Positions 1 to 13,693 of a stretch of 64,000 nucleotides of DNA are shown here, piece after piece. Origin of the DNA: Batkoa obscura. Its lineage: Eukaryota. Position numbers and translations under genes: made by a program. Position 1 is the first letter of the stretch. Every line of letters starts with the position of its first letter. The notes beneath the pieces were generated by a model, which was not told the DNA's origin, did not search any database, and saw nothing but the letters and a program-made list of their open reading frames with translations. Where the stretch lies: positions 744,001-808,000 of the forward strand of contig JASVEC010000021.1 of assembly GCA_030770535.1 (NCBI GenBank), read 5' to 3'.

Positions 1-689
1 TGCCTTCGATTATCTATGGATATATAGTAAATGACTGCTACGGCTTAAAAAATTACCATCTAAGACCATGGAGCATTATTTACATGCACGCCGTATTACT
101 TATCCCAATCATTGTTTGTTGTAGCTATTGTACTTATGTGTTTGTAAAAACATATTTAGCTCTAAGAGCCAAAAAAGCAGTTTACAATAATAGTAATGCG
201 CAAAGCAATAGCATCAACTTAAATAAACATATGGATTTATTAGCCAAAAGATTAATGAGCTATGCTATCATCCCGTTAATAACTCAATTTCCGTTTTTTA
301 TTATTACTGAAATATATACTGATCCTGAAATTCCAGAAACAGTAGCTGCAGTGTTTTCTAGTGATGTACTAAGTACTTCGGCTGGCTGGTTAAACTTTAT
401 TTGTTTTATGTTTGATCCTGCTATTCCACAAATTTTGTATGAATATAACTTAAGAAAGTTGAACGGTAACATATTTCAACCTATTGGTAATAATAGTGAC
501 AATAAGGCAGCTTTAAGTGGAGGCCATTGGCTTGCTACTTTAAAACCAGGTTCTCGAACTAAGCACTCTACTGTAGTTCCTTTAACGTCTATTATCACCA
601 CCGCTGCTACTATTGGTGATAATGATAACATTTATTTAAATTTATCAGAGGATGATCAAAATACTGCTATTAGAATGAAACAAATGTAA
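1..689 (+). CDS. 3' part of a 7TM receptor (cAMP-receptor/Git3-like fungal GPCR); 5' end lies outside the window
   Basis: The frame is open from base 3 (PSIIYGYIVNDCYG...) into the 84-689 ORF. Hydrophobic helices with KRLMSYAIIPLITQFP (TM6-like) and AGWLNFICFMFDP (TM7-like) motifs are followed by a polar tail. Confidence 0.65.
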   Translation, partial: PSIIYGYIVNDCYGLKNYHLRPWSIIYMHAVLLIPIIVCCSYCTYVFVKTYLALRAKKAVYNNSNAQSNSINLNKHMDLLAKRLMSYAIIPLITQFPFFIITEIYTDPEIPETVAAVFSSDVLSTSAGWLNFICFMFDPAIPQILYEYNLRKLNGNIFQPIGNNSDNKAALSGGHWLATLKPGSRTKHSTVVPLTSIITTAATIGDNDNIYLNLSEDDQNTAIRMKQM

Positions 690-1298
690 CAGCATCGGTA
701 AATGTTTCGATCCAACTTGTGTTTTTTACTTTTCATTTTTTTTCTTGTAATGAAACCAAAAGCTGTAGAAATAATAAAGGAATCAATCTTAGGCTTTTCA
801 AATTCGAAGATGGAGCGTCTTTGTGTTTCTATCTATATACTAAAGAAAATACTGAAGAGGCGAATTATAAATAGAAATGTAATTGAAGGACGGTTGTTGT
901 TTATAAGAAGAAGTGAGCTTATTCGCTATAAACCAGATAAGTCTCTAAAAGGTTGTTTTATCCTTTTTGTTTTATAAAAATCAGTAGCGAATTTAAATAA
1001 AAATAAAAATGAATTAAGAAGCCACTCCTTCTTCGCCCTCTTTCTCTTGTTTTGAATCCTTCAAAAAAGAAATTGCTTTCCTTATTTAAATCACAACAAC
1101 ATGGTTTTCTAAAGGTTCTTCAATTGCTTTTCTCTTGCCTTCATCACCTCCTCTATTAACAAGTTGAAAAATCTATCTACGTTCGACTTTTCAGGCTAAA
1201 TTTAGCACTTTTTTTGTTTTTTAATAAAAGAACAATTTCGAAGATATTAAATTTAAAAATATATAAACCAAGGAGTTTAGCATTGACAGGTACGATAT

Positions 1299-1389
1299 GG
1301 GGGATGTTTTTTTGCTCACCACTTTTTTCATTTTTTAAAGAACTATTTGAGCGGAAAGATTGTTAGTAAAATTCTTAAAATAGGTCCCC
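1299..1389 (-). mobile_element. About 97-bp MITE copy (reverse orientation)
   Basis: GGGGGATGTTTTTTT...GTCCCC; the interior is the reverse complement of the family consensus; flanks ATAT/ATAC. Confidence 0.8.
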
Positions 1390-3139
1390 ATACAATGGAT
1401 AAAATAATATGAGAATGTGACTTAAAGTAGTTATTTATTATATATAAAGGCAGGTCGAATTTATTGAGTTTATTAGTTTGATTATATTTTTGATCATAAA
1501 GGGATGTCTACGTTATTTTTACTTTATACGAAAAATTAGAGGAATAGCAAACTAAAAGAAAGTTATTAAGCTAATATACTTGATAATCATGGGAACTTAA
1601 TGGATTATAGAAATAAAAAAATAAAGTTTAAGACAGTAGAATTAAACTAATAGTCATGAATTGTTATATTTTCTTCAGACTAGTAGCTAAAAATAGCATC
1701 TTTAAGGTAACAAAAATAAAACACAATATCGCTAAATGAATGCCAACTATGTTTGAATCAAAAAAGTTGACAGATAAAAAAATAATATTTTAAAACTAGA
1801 AGTTTAAAAATAAGTTAATAAAAAAGTATTTTTTTGTAATTCAAGTGGAAGCAATTAAGCATTTAACATAATAACCTTATGTTATAACATTTATTATTTT
1901 TGTTGATATTAATAAGTATTTTTCTAAGCTACTTTACAATCATTATGACTATTTCTCACTCAGTGTCAGCGTCACTAATTAAATCTTTTAGTCTTTGGAA
2001 TCTGATGCTATAATTAAACAAGATTCAACAGAAGTTGAATGCATTTCGGAAAATGATGTAAAGAAGGTCAATAAGAAAGTTGATAATAAATTTAATATTC
2101 GTAGAAGGTATATAAACGATTGGATTTTTCCCTCTGGAATTTCTTTTCATTAATAATTTTTTATTTATATTCATAAACAGACTACGCTTTTAAACTTATC
2201 AAGTTGGCCTAATCAATCTAGTTCAACATACTTTTATCTTATTTTTGTTTGGGAAGGCTTTAAAACTTCCCCCTTTTATTGGTTAAGCATTGAATTTATC
2301 TTGCGCTACTTTAACAACTGAAAAGTTGCATGGCAATGGAATTAGGAGCTTCGAAGCCCTTGAGACATATATGGGATTATCATCCAATTTTGTGATCCAA
2401 TATTCCAATAATCAACGAGACTATATTGAAAAGGGTATAAATAGGATATTTAATGAAAAATTTAATTAATTATACTGTTGAGTTAATAAGAAAAGTAAGC
2501 CACCCTACGTAATTTCCAAAGTTTTTTACAATTTAATTATTATTAAAATGTTTCAGTGTTTTATTGATGACTATTCCAATAACATTTGGAACAAATTTAT
2601 TTTAATGACAATTTGGTTAGTCCTTATTTACATTAACTTATTGTACAATTAGATCAATATCAATATAGGTATAGTTAAACTCATTAAATTATAGTGGTGT
2701 TTACAACAACTATTTTTTATAATTTAACTCAATTTATTTTCATTATCCCTATAAATAAATAAGATAAAAATACAATTGATATCAAAAAACTGGGTTATTT
2801 AAAAAAGTATACAAACTTTTAAAAAAAGTTTGAACTAAAACTAAAAAAATTACCCGTTAACCAGTTTAGTTTAGTCAAAAAAAAATAAAACTTCAAATAG
2901 TTAAAATTGATTGGCTACTTTACTAATTTCACTCAAGTGAAACAAACAAGGATAAAAAAATAAAAAGATCAAACTTTTTAAATAGTTTTAAATAAATAGA
3001 AATTGAGTAAGTTTAAGAAATTAACTATGGCACTGAATGAGTCGTTTTCGAAATATTACTATATGATCAATTAGTTATCAATTTCTTTCTTTATTTTTTT
3101 AATTGTTTATTTTCCATTTTATTTTCAATATTTATTTGA

Positions 3140-6043
3140 ATGAGTTTAATAGGTATTTATTATATATAATTGGTTTAGTTACATCTAAATAATTCTATTA
3201 GATCAACCTGATGGTCAACTTGTTAGTGATGATGGTATTATATTAAGTAGTACAGTTATAAAGGATCAAATGATACCTTGTCCAGGTAACTTAATATTAT
3301 AATAATAGTTGATATCTATACTGATAATTAAATAGTTAATACATCAATGGCATTGTATATAATGATATTATGTATATTATCATTTATATGGATTAATTAT
3401 AGATTTTTAACAACTTATGGTATTAATGATATAAAATCAATTGGAGTAGGAGTAGTACGAAATATAAGTAGACAAAATAGTAATGAAACAATAGATGAAC
3501 AAATACAGTATAATAATTCAAGTGAAGAGTTTCCAATTCGAAAAAAAGAAATTAATATCAAACCCTTATTAAGATTGTTTATATTATTATGTTGTAATTT
3601 GTCTTTAATATTACTAATATTACATTTATTATCCTCATTTCATCAAAGTTATTTAAAATGTAAATTAAGGTATTCATGGATATTTCCTTATTTAGAAGAT
3701 TCTTTTAATCCCCATCCGTCTATTAATCGTAATAATCATATTGATAGTTTGTTGTTAATTTATTCAAAGGATGTTATGATGCAAAATATTTTATATGCTT
3801 CTTCTATGTTGTTTGATTTTTCTAGAGCTTTTTTAATTACTGCTTTGATTTTATTTATCTTTGATTTCCCAGCTTCAATTTATCGTAGATTACCAGCTAA
3901 TTTATTTAAAACATTTTTGTTATCTTGGAGTACTTGGTTATCAAAATTAGGTTATATTTATGCCCCTTTATCAATATTAGCTATGATATTAATACGTATC
4001 TTAGCTTACAATAGTCACAGTTTATATTCTGTATTAATATCTCAATATTTTTTAGATGCGGAATTTATGTCAATTTGTTTGATCATGTTATTTTGTTGCT
4101 TTTATTTTTTAAAACGTAAATTTAGGAAAGAAAATGCCAATTTACCAATAACTGTTCGACAATATTCTAATTCTAATTCTACAATTTATTATAATTCATT
4201 GATGCAACCTTTGATATCTAAAGAAAATATCATTAACTATATATTAGAAACATTGATTGTATTAATTATATTTTGTTTATTACATTCTATTTCTAATGTA
4301 TTATTTTATTATAATTTATCCCAATTAAATAATAACAACATTTATTCTCCATGGGTATTAAGTTTATTAAATTGGTTTCAATATTTTTCATTACCTTGGA
4401 TTAATATATTAATTATATTATCAATTTATCCAAGAGAGGATTTACATTTAAAAAGTCAATTATATATGGAAAGTATGAAACCAATATTAGATAGTAATTT
4501 AAGATCTAATTCAAATCAGAATCAATTAGTATCAGAAACAGTAACTTATATACCTCCGCCTAATAATCTATTATTGCAACAACATCAAGATCCTATTTCA
4601 GAAAAGAGTAGTTTACAATCTATTAATAATAATAATAATAATAATAATAATTATAACAATAATAACCTTGGTAAAATACCTGTAAAAATGGATCACCAAA
4701 AATCAGATATATCAGCTGTAGTTCCATTAAAAGAAGCAGAAGATTCTACTCCTCAACTTAATCCCATATTGAATAACAAAAGACAACTTGACCATGAACA
4801 AACAGATACATCAACAGATACCACTAATATTAATGGTCAAAAAATATTAGCTGAATCGGATTATTATTTAGCAGATTATCAAGAAACTTCAGTATCAGAG
4901 ATATCTAAAGATAATGATGGGGATACTATACAATATAAACAAAGTAAAGATTCAGGCTATAATGAAAACGAAATACAAGGAGAAGCCAATATACCAATTT
5001 ATCATTTATCACAAGAATTGATTGCTAATTCTGATTATACAAGTGAAAGTGAACGTTCCTTTTTAAATAAAAGTACTGGGTTATTACCAATTAGTAATAA
5101 AGAACTAAATCAAACGCCACCTAGTATTAATGTAATATCTGAACAAGAATCTTTACAGGAAATTAACCAAATGTTAAGTGAAATGGAAAGGGGAACTTCT
5201 ACAAGTACGTTACAAGCTTCATTTTATATAAGAGATTCATTAGATAAAGGCAAAAGAGTTGGGCAACTAGAAGGTATTCAAGATGAAGAAGAAGAAGAAA
5301 TAATGGAACAAAATAATATTGAGAATAAGATCGAAGAAATTAATACTGAAAATATGCAAGAAGTAGGGGAAGATATAGCTACTACTACGAATACGAATAC
5401 GAATACAAATACTCCAATGATAGAAAAGAATATAATTAATCAAATTGATCAAGAAGAAACTAAAAAAGAGCGAGTTAAATCCTATATTGAACAAGTACAA
5501 AGAGCAACAAAATTAATGTCTACTGGAGCTGATATGGGGACTACAACATCTACTTCTTTTATTTCAAGTTTAGATTCCAGTAGCACAATTGATTCTAATC
5601 TACCTAAATTAAATACCAAATTTTCACCTATATTATCTGAAAATGGTAGTAGCTTATTAAGTCCAAATCAACCAAGACCAACTTCAATGTTTAATAATAC
5701 TAATTTAAGACCCAATCATAAACGATTAAGTCTAGGATTATCACCAAGACCAATGGGTAATTATGAATCTTCGCCCAATAATTCGCCCAGTATATCCAAT
5801 CATTATCAAGGTTCTCCATCTACATTTGCTAGTAAAAAAACAAATACACCACCTTTTCAATCCCCTATGGTATTAAATTTGCCTAATGATTCTCCAAGAA
5901 CCGAATATTCATTGAAAACTACAACGCCGTATGTGACTCCTAAGATGAGTGGATTAGGTAATAATCAAACCGCATCAAGATCTGCTAATAATTTATTGTT
6001 GCCAAAATCACCCTTGGTTGAAAGATCAGCATCAGAACAATGA
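3140..6043 (+). CDS. Orphan 7TM-like membrane protein with long disordered N/E/S/P-rich C-terminal tail
   Basis: 898-aa ORF 3347-6043 plus two in-frame upstream exons (ATG 3140-3152; 3202-3285) joined by GT-AG introns. About 7 hydrophobic segments in the first 360 aa, then a low-complexity tail. Confidence 0.7.
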
Positions 6044-6357
6044 ACACTAAGTATTTTTTTAAATACAATAAATTTATTAATATTAATATTATTTTCTTAT
6101 TTTATATATCGTTTTATTTTGTATTTTATTATTGGAGTTAAATAAATAATAAATAATTACAAAGTTACTTTAGATTCCAAATAGAAAATAAAATTAAAAA
6201 TTAAAAATAAATCATTTAATGGTAATAAATTAGTGGCTAAGAAATTATTACAAATTAAGTAATAAAAATAATTAAGAACAAAAATAGGATAAAAAAATAA
6301 AACTTTTTTTTTAAATTTGGAAACAAACAATAGCAAAATAAAAACAAAAATAAAAGT

Positions 6358-9035
6358 ATGAGTGCATTAGAAACCTTAGGTACATTTTTAGGTTTACCAG
6401 TAGGTATACCCAATGATGAAAGATTAACATTAATGGTTGGTAAGTAAACAAGTTGCTCTAAATATATTAAATCAACTAAAAAGGATTAAATTCTCTATCA
6501 CTAATAACATTTAAGTCTTTATAACGAATACTAATCTTTAAATTCCTTCAAAAATAGAACGCGCATGTGATATTCGATTAATGGAACCAGATATGGCCTT
6601 AAATTTGGATATTGCCGAATATATTAATAAAAAAAAACAAAATATGTAAATAGTTTTCTATTAAAAACAAATGGTATAAATCTTATTGAATTTTACTAAT
6701 GAAATTCATCAATAGACCTCATGACGTCTCGGAATATTTAGTTCAATTGATTAATAATAGAGATCAAAAAGTGGCCATGTTGGCTTTGATTGTAAGTTCA
6801 GTTTTAATCTCTTTAAACAGTAATTAGCCTTAATTAACATAGAAACAATCTCAAGAATTGCTTTTAATTTTTATTATTGTTAATATTAACTGATCTTTAA
6901 TTTAGTTATTAGATACTTGTATAAGAAACTGTGGTTATGCATTTCATTTACAGATTGCAAGAAAAGAGTTTTTAAATGAATTAGTTAAGAAATTTCCAGA
7001 AGTACCACCAGTAAGTTTTGAGTATTAATTTTAACTGTTTTTTTGTCAAACCATAATTTATTAATATAACGAAACAACGAAATATTTATTTACTTATTTT
7101 CCTTTTTATATTCATATAAATCCAACTTAGCCTTTCCCAACATCGGTTCAAATTAAAATATTAGAATTTATTAATGAATGGAAGCTGGGTCTTTGTTCTC
7201 AACCTCGTTATAAACAAGATTTTAGAAAAATATCAGAATTGCATAATATTTTAATATTCAAAGGTAAGCTAAAATAAATAAATAATCAACAATAAATGAT
7301 ATTTATCATTTTAATTTGATACTAATACTTTGTATAAAGGATATAAATTTCCTAATGTCAAACAAGATCGGGTATCTACATTAGTAACAAAACAAGTAAG
7401 GTTTTTTTTGAGATTAATTGTTAAGATTGATAAAGGATATTAACTTTATGATAGGCATTCTGTTCTGCTGAAGAATTAGAAGAAGCGGATAAAGAAGCAT
7501 TATCAGCGGTAAGACAGAATGATAATAAATTTTAGCTATTAATTGTTAATTTTTAATACAAAGAAATTACAAGAACATATACGACGAGGTACCCCAGCCG
7601 ATTTAGTCAAAGCTAATGAATTAATGAAATTATTATCGGGTTATGTAAGAATTCAATAATGACAATGATAACATATTTAAAATCACTCTAATCAGGAAAT
7701 TGAAAAACGACCAAACTATCAATCTTTAGTTGAAAGGCAATTATTGAATGTACAAAGATCGATTGAAACATTAAGTGAAAGATTAATTCCTGGAATGGAA
7801 TTTGATCGTGGAATTCAAGTAATTGTTATTATCATTATTTTATTCAATTAATACTGATTACTCTAATTACAGGAATTATATAATGAATGTTCTTCAGCAC
7901 AAGTAAGGATTCAAAAATTGATATTAGAAGAAGAAGAAGGAGAACATGCTAGTAAGTATTGTGGAAATTATTTATAATTATTTATAATTATTTATAATTT
8001 ATTATTTAAGATCGATTATTTGAATTAAATGATAAATTAAACGAATTAAATCAACAATATGAAAATGCAAAAAAGGGTATATTTGATCATAATCCAATTT
8101 ATTTTGAAGATCATATAAGGTAATTTATTAACATTAGTCTTAATATTGATATCATGTATATTAACTAAATAACTAACTAAATAGTATGGAAAGATCTGAA
8201 ATAACAAATGATAATAGTAATAATAGTAACAATAATAATAATAGCAATAGTCAAAAAGAAGCTGAATCCCAACAAATATCTCTAATTGATTTAGGAGATG
8301 ATTTTATGAATAATAGTAGTAATACTTTAGACCCTTTACAATACCAATCTAATAAAACAGAAACATCAATATCTTCTACTTTGAATTTTATGGATAGTTT
8401 AGAAGGGTTAAGTTTTGGTTCTATTGCTTCAAGCAATTCAATTACCCCAGCACCAAGTACACCACAACCTGTTTTATTACAATCTAATAATACTTCTCCT
8501 AAATTATCAGATAATGAGGAATCTCCAATGAATAATAGTAATAATTCCAATTTAAATAATTTTAATACAAATTTATTAGAGGATAATGGATTAATTGGAA
8601 ATGAAAGTAATGAAGGAATGAGTAATGGAGAAGTTAAACAAAAGAAAGTATTAGAAAATGAATTTGTACGAATAATGACTACTTCTTTTGTACAAGAAAA
8701 TATAGTATTTATTCAATTTAATTTTAATAATTTATCGAATTTTAAAATGGAACAACTGGATTTTAAATTAGCTGTACCTAAAGTAAGTTAATGTATTTAT
8801 GATTTAATATCTAACATAATAATAAATGTTTTATTAATAATACTTTTTTTAGGGTTTAAAAACAGTTATTTCAGGAATTAGTGGTACCTATTTATTACCT
8901 AAAATAGGTCATGTATCTTTACCAGTGGAAATTTATTTTAATAATAATTTAAATGAAGTGAAATATCGCTATATATTATCCTTTCAATTAAATTCAAAAC
9001 AGTATACTTTTCAAGGAGAAGTTAAAAACTTTTAA
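6358..9035 (+). CDS. GGA2: GGA clathrin adaptor (VHS-GAT-GAE), multi-exon
   Basis: Spliced exons give ERACDIRLMEPDMALNLDIAEYIN, LLDTCIRNCGYAFHLQIARKEFLNELVKKFP (VHS), KLQEHIRRGTPADLVKANELMKLLSGY (GAT) and FKLAVPK (gamma-adaptin ear). Confidence 0.9.
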
Positions 9036-9179
9036 ATTTTGTATAAAAAAATATAAAATATAAAATGCAATAAAAAAAGGAAACATATTTGATTTTTTTG
9101 AATTCTTTTAATATATTACTATCTTGATTGAATTTTCTATTTTTATTTAATTTTAATGATATTAATGACAAAGTATTGT

Positions 9180-9797
9180 TTATTGTTTTAATTCCTCTAC
9201 TACTTTACATAATCCTTTAAACAATAATTCATGTTCCACTAAATGAATTCTAGTTTCTAAATCACTCAATGTATCCTCTGGTAAAATCTTCACTTTTTCC
9301 ATGACAATAGGTTCCCCTTGATCCACTTCTTTAATAACTCGATGAACCATAACACCAGTATACTCAATCTCTCCATTTTGAAAAGCTTTATAAGCTCTTT
9401 CGATTGCTTTAGCTCCATCAAACTGTCCTGGTAAAGCAGGATGAAGGTTAATAATAGGTAAGCTGGATGGTAATTTAGTTAGAAACTCAGCAGACAAAAT
9501 GTGCATAAAGCCAGCTAACACAATAATATTTGGTTTATAAGAAAGGACCAAGTCAGCTAAAGCTAAGTCATAATCTACTCTGGTAAGATTTTGATCTTTA
9601 TATGATTTTAAAGTTAATACTGAAGTTGGAATATTATGACTGTTTGCTCTTTGTAAACCATAGGCATTACTACGATTAGAAATCACACCACAGATTGAAG
9701 TGGAAGGAAGTTCTTGATTGATAATGATTTTATCAATTAACGCTTGTAAGTTACTTCCACTACCAGAAATTAAGACTAATACTTGAAGTGAAGACAT
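9180..9797 (-). CDS. ADE8: Phosphoribosylglycinamide formyltransferase (GAR transformylase)
   Basis: VLISGSGSNLQALID, LAGFMHIL, INLHPALP and TGVMVHRV...VDQG motifs; single exon. Confidence 0.97.
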   Translation of the reverse strand: MSSLQVLVLISGSGSNLQALIDKIIINQELPSTSICGVISNRSNAYGLQRANSHNIPTSVLTLKSYKDQNLTRVDYDLALADLVLSYKPNIIVLAGFMHILSAEFLTKLPSSLPIINLHPALPGQFDGAKAIERAYKAFQNGEIEYTGVMVHRVIKEVDQGEPIVMEKVKILPEDTLSDLETRIHLVEHELLFKGLCKVVEELKQ

Positions 9798-12108
9798 GGT
9801 ATTTTACTTTTTATTTATTGAAAATGAAAATGAAGCTTTTTTAGTTAACTAAAAATTGGAAGTGGATTTCCAGTTTTGAAAATTTAGAAATTTAACTCAT
9901 AAAAAATTTAATCAGTGTTTAACTTTTTATTATCTCAATTTCCTTAATTTTAGAAACTTAGTGTAATATAATCAAATAAATAAAAAGTATAAGTAGAATA
10001 ATAAAAAATTATTGAAACTTTAAATACTAGTATCATTCAATTTAATATTATAAAGTAAATACAATTGCTTTTTACTATAATATCATTTATAAAGGATATT
10101 TTCACATTTTATGTTCAATAACAAGCGATCAAAAAAATTGGCATAAAGGGAATTTCATTATTCTATATAATTATCAAAACTAAACTTTGTTAGCGTATTT
10201 AAATGCTTAAAATAATTGCTATCATATTGAGATAGCAATCAACTGGGTCACTAATAAATTGGATCTAGCTTATCTTTAAATAGCTAACTTATTAGACTAC
10301 CCTTTTGTATTATCATAAAAATGGCTGCAAATTATAGCTCAATTGATTGCTAAACAGATATTGATAAATTAAATCACCTAAATATCTGCAAAAGATTTTT
10401 TGCAAACTAAGAATCAATTACTATGGTGATCAAAAAAAAACTAAAATGAACCCAAATTCAATTTTTTCAACTCTAAGAAATCAACTTTATTGTTTAATCA
10501 TTTAACAATTTATACGAAATATCACATATTACAAGATCTCAAATCCTTCAGTAAACCCTAACTTTTGGTTAAAGGAAATCAATTCTGTAAGTGCGCTAAG
10601 GCATAAGATGATAACGATATTATTTAGTTTTTAGTATCGACTTAATTCCTGACTTTCAATCTCCTTACTCTGGTAAATTTGTCTGGTGCATAGGCAACTT
10701 TGTGGAAGCAATAAGAGTTGATTGTTATTTTCCGGTTGGATAGATGGACTTGAGCTAGTTGAGAAGATTTAGAAAGGAATTGAGATGTGGTTTCTTTGTT
10801 TAATTGTATTATATAATGTAAATTAAACTATCATTAGATTTTAATCTAATTTTAACTACTCAGTTTAATTGATAAAATGTGTTTGAAAAATTTAAGCTAT
10901 TGTATTCTGTAAGGGCAAAGCTAGCCGTAATTTTATGAATTCAGGAGAGTGTTATGGCGGTTAACATGAGAACGCTGGACTGATGATTGTCTGATGAATA
11001 CATTATGTTACCTATCCGTACTTTAGCTTAGGTTTTCAAATCCATAATTCATACAATATAAATCTGCAAAAAGGATATAAAGATAGACTCCAGTATTATT
11101 ATTAATCACTTAGCTTGTAATAATTATATCGAATTTTATAGCTTATATTGATTATGGTATGAATGATAAGGTTCAATTTAAAGCAAGAATGTGGTGGAAG
11201 TGGGCGTTTTTAAACTTCTTTTTTAAAATATAAGTTATATATACAATTTTAAGCCAAATACTAGCTTTTTTGTTAACATTATGACTGCTTGATTACTATC
11301 AACTTTTTTGTCTTTAATTACTGAAGTTATTCCTCCCTGTTTCCATAGGAGTAAATCGTTTCTGGGGTTTAAGTATGTATTATGTTCCCTATTGTACCAC
11401 ATAAAATACAGTTATAAATTGTTATTGAAAGAGTTGCAGTCAGATTAGAGGCACTTGGTATCAAATAGGATAAACTGTAAAGGGAGGCTTCTTTTATTGT
11501 TAATGATATTAATGAGAAGTACCTCCTTGTGTAAACCTTTAATTAGCCCTGTACAACTTAGGACTAAAATATGAAATAATTCCTTATATACTGGGCTTCA
11601 GAAGTAATTTTATTATTTTAAAATGAAGCTTGCTTTTCTCCAAAGGTAGTTTTATGTCTTTAAAATAAAAGTTTGCCTTTGGGCCTGGTCTAGTAATTTA
11701 CTATTTATAAATATAAATAACCCTATCTGTTAAATCAATAAACTTACGATTGGCTGTCCATCTAATCTAGATTGTTTGTAAATCCATCTTGTCGTTGTTT
11801 TTATAATTAGTATTATTTTTGAATGCTTAGCTTGGGCTTTAAGCATGTCTGCTCTTGAAATTGGCCAATCCTGCTGCTGAATTATAGTTTTTTGTGTTTT
11901 TTTTGTATAAATACTAAATAAAAATAAGAATAAAAATAAAAAAATAATTTTTATAAAGAAACAAGTTACTATGTTATATCATAAAAACAATCATATTAAT
12001 ATCATTATTGCAAGCTTACTCCCAGAAGCTAATAACTTTTGTAGTTTAAAAATCAAAAATTTCATAGGAGGATTTAATAAATCGGATCTATTTTTAATTT
12101 CAAATAAT

Positions 12109-12399
12109 TTAAGTATGACTAGTTTTTGGACCTCGGAAACGATATCTCATATTTAACTAAATATCATAAAAAGTATTAATTCTTTAATTTCTAAAATCTA
12201 CTTAATAATAAATGATCAAACTTACCAAAGACCTTTTACATTCGGTATAAGCTTTACGAATAGCTAAACATTCTTCATCAATCAGATGAGCGTTTTCTTT
12301 TTCAAAACATTTTTGAATTGGATAACCAAATTTATCCATGCATTCACTCTTTTGCATACATTCAATTAATTCTTCACGGATATCTTCACAGGTGGGCAT
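12109..12399 (-). CDS. PET191: Cytochrome c oxidase assembly factor Pet191/COA5
   Basis: Twin Cx9C-like CEDIREELIECMQKSEC...C...CLAIRKAYTECKRSL; a second exon gives LNMRYRFRGPKTSHT*. Confidence 0.9.
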
Positions 12400-12583
12400 T
12401 GTTTATTGGAGTTTTCTATTTTTATTAAAAATAAATCAAATGAAAAGTTAAAATTTGAAATTTGAAATTTGAATTTAAAATTCTAAAAAAAATAAAGTAT
12501 ATGACATCAAAAAGAATGAAAATAAATCTAAAATTTCAAAAATCAAAATTACGTTTTTTTAGAAATTGAATTTAATATAAAAA

Positions 12584-13587
12584 ATGAGTAATAAGATTTC
12601 CCGAAAAAAAGAAGACTATAGGATAACTGTAATTAATAATAATATCGACTATATAAATTGAAATTCAGAATTCGATTTTATTTAGGAAACGGGTGTGTTT
12701 TTACATAAAAGATCGTATGTATTAAGTCCGAATACTATTAATTCAACAGGAAAAGTAAGTTCCATTTTCTTTTGATAAAATAAAATAAAATAAAATGAAA
12801 TATTTTCAATTAATAGCTAATCAATCAATAGAATATTTTTTTAGAAGGGGTAACTATCCGGGCCGATATCTTATGTCGAGGTAGTTTAACTACTTTATTC
12901 TTAGGAAGATCTACTTTTTTTGAAAAAAATGTAACTATACGTCCACCATTTAAGTTTTATAAAAGGTAACTCAAATCAAATTAATTTTTAGATTAATTAG
13001 AAAGATTCATAAGAATAATTTAAATATAAAATCCAAACAATTTTTTAAGAGATGGAGTGAACAGAGCGAGCTTAAATGGACTGAGGATTTATTGTATCTT
13101 TATTTAGGGAGTTTATCTATTCCCCAATAAAAATAGGAGATTTTGTTTATATTGGTGAAAATAGCATAGTTAATGCTATTTCAATTGGCAACAATGTTAA
13201 TATTGGTAAAAATTGTGTTATTGTAAGTACTATCCTTCCTTTTAATTCCATCAAATATTATACCAAAGATTATTTGCTTGATTATTTTTCGTATTAATTT
13301 TAATTTGATTTGTTTAGGGTAGAAATAGTATTATAAAAAATTGCGTTAAAATATTAGATGATACAGTTATACCACCTGATGCCGTTATTTCTTCCTTTTC
13401 AATTATTTCCGGTTCTCCAGGTAGGTTTTTATTTTATCGTTATTTTTATAAGTTAAATAATAACTATTATTCATTAAAAAACATATTAGCTAAACAAGTA
13501 GGTGAATTATCGGATTTTACATCCAGTATATTTGAAAAAGAAGCTAAAGAAAGATACAATGAGTTTTTAGCTACTTTTGAGAATTAA
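12584..13587 (+). CDS. DCTN5: Dynactin subunit 5 (p25), left-handed beta-helix protein, multi-exon
   Basis: Exons give VTIRADI...[44 protein letters not shown] and [27 protein letters not shown]. Confidence 0.9.
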
Positions 13588-13693
13588 GTTTTTATAATAA
13601 ATTAATTTTATTGATGTACAATATGATATAATAATAGTAATAACATAATAATATAGTAATAATAATATTTATTTTATTTAATTAAGTTAATAA

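Noticed and set aside
702..977. 91-aa ORF just after the GPCR-like gene
   Set aside because: Low-complexity, lies in the probable 3' UTR, and has no recognisable motif.
13045..13090. Purine-rich patch ending in CTGA inside a long DCTN5 intron as a box C/D snoRNA
   Set aside because: No convincing C box (RTGATGA), terminal stem or recognisable rRNA-complementary guide.
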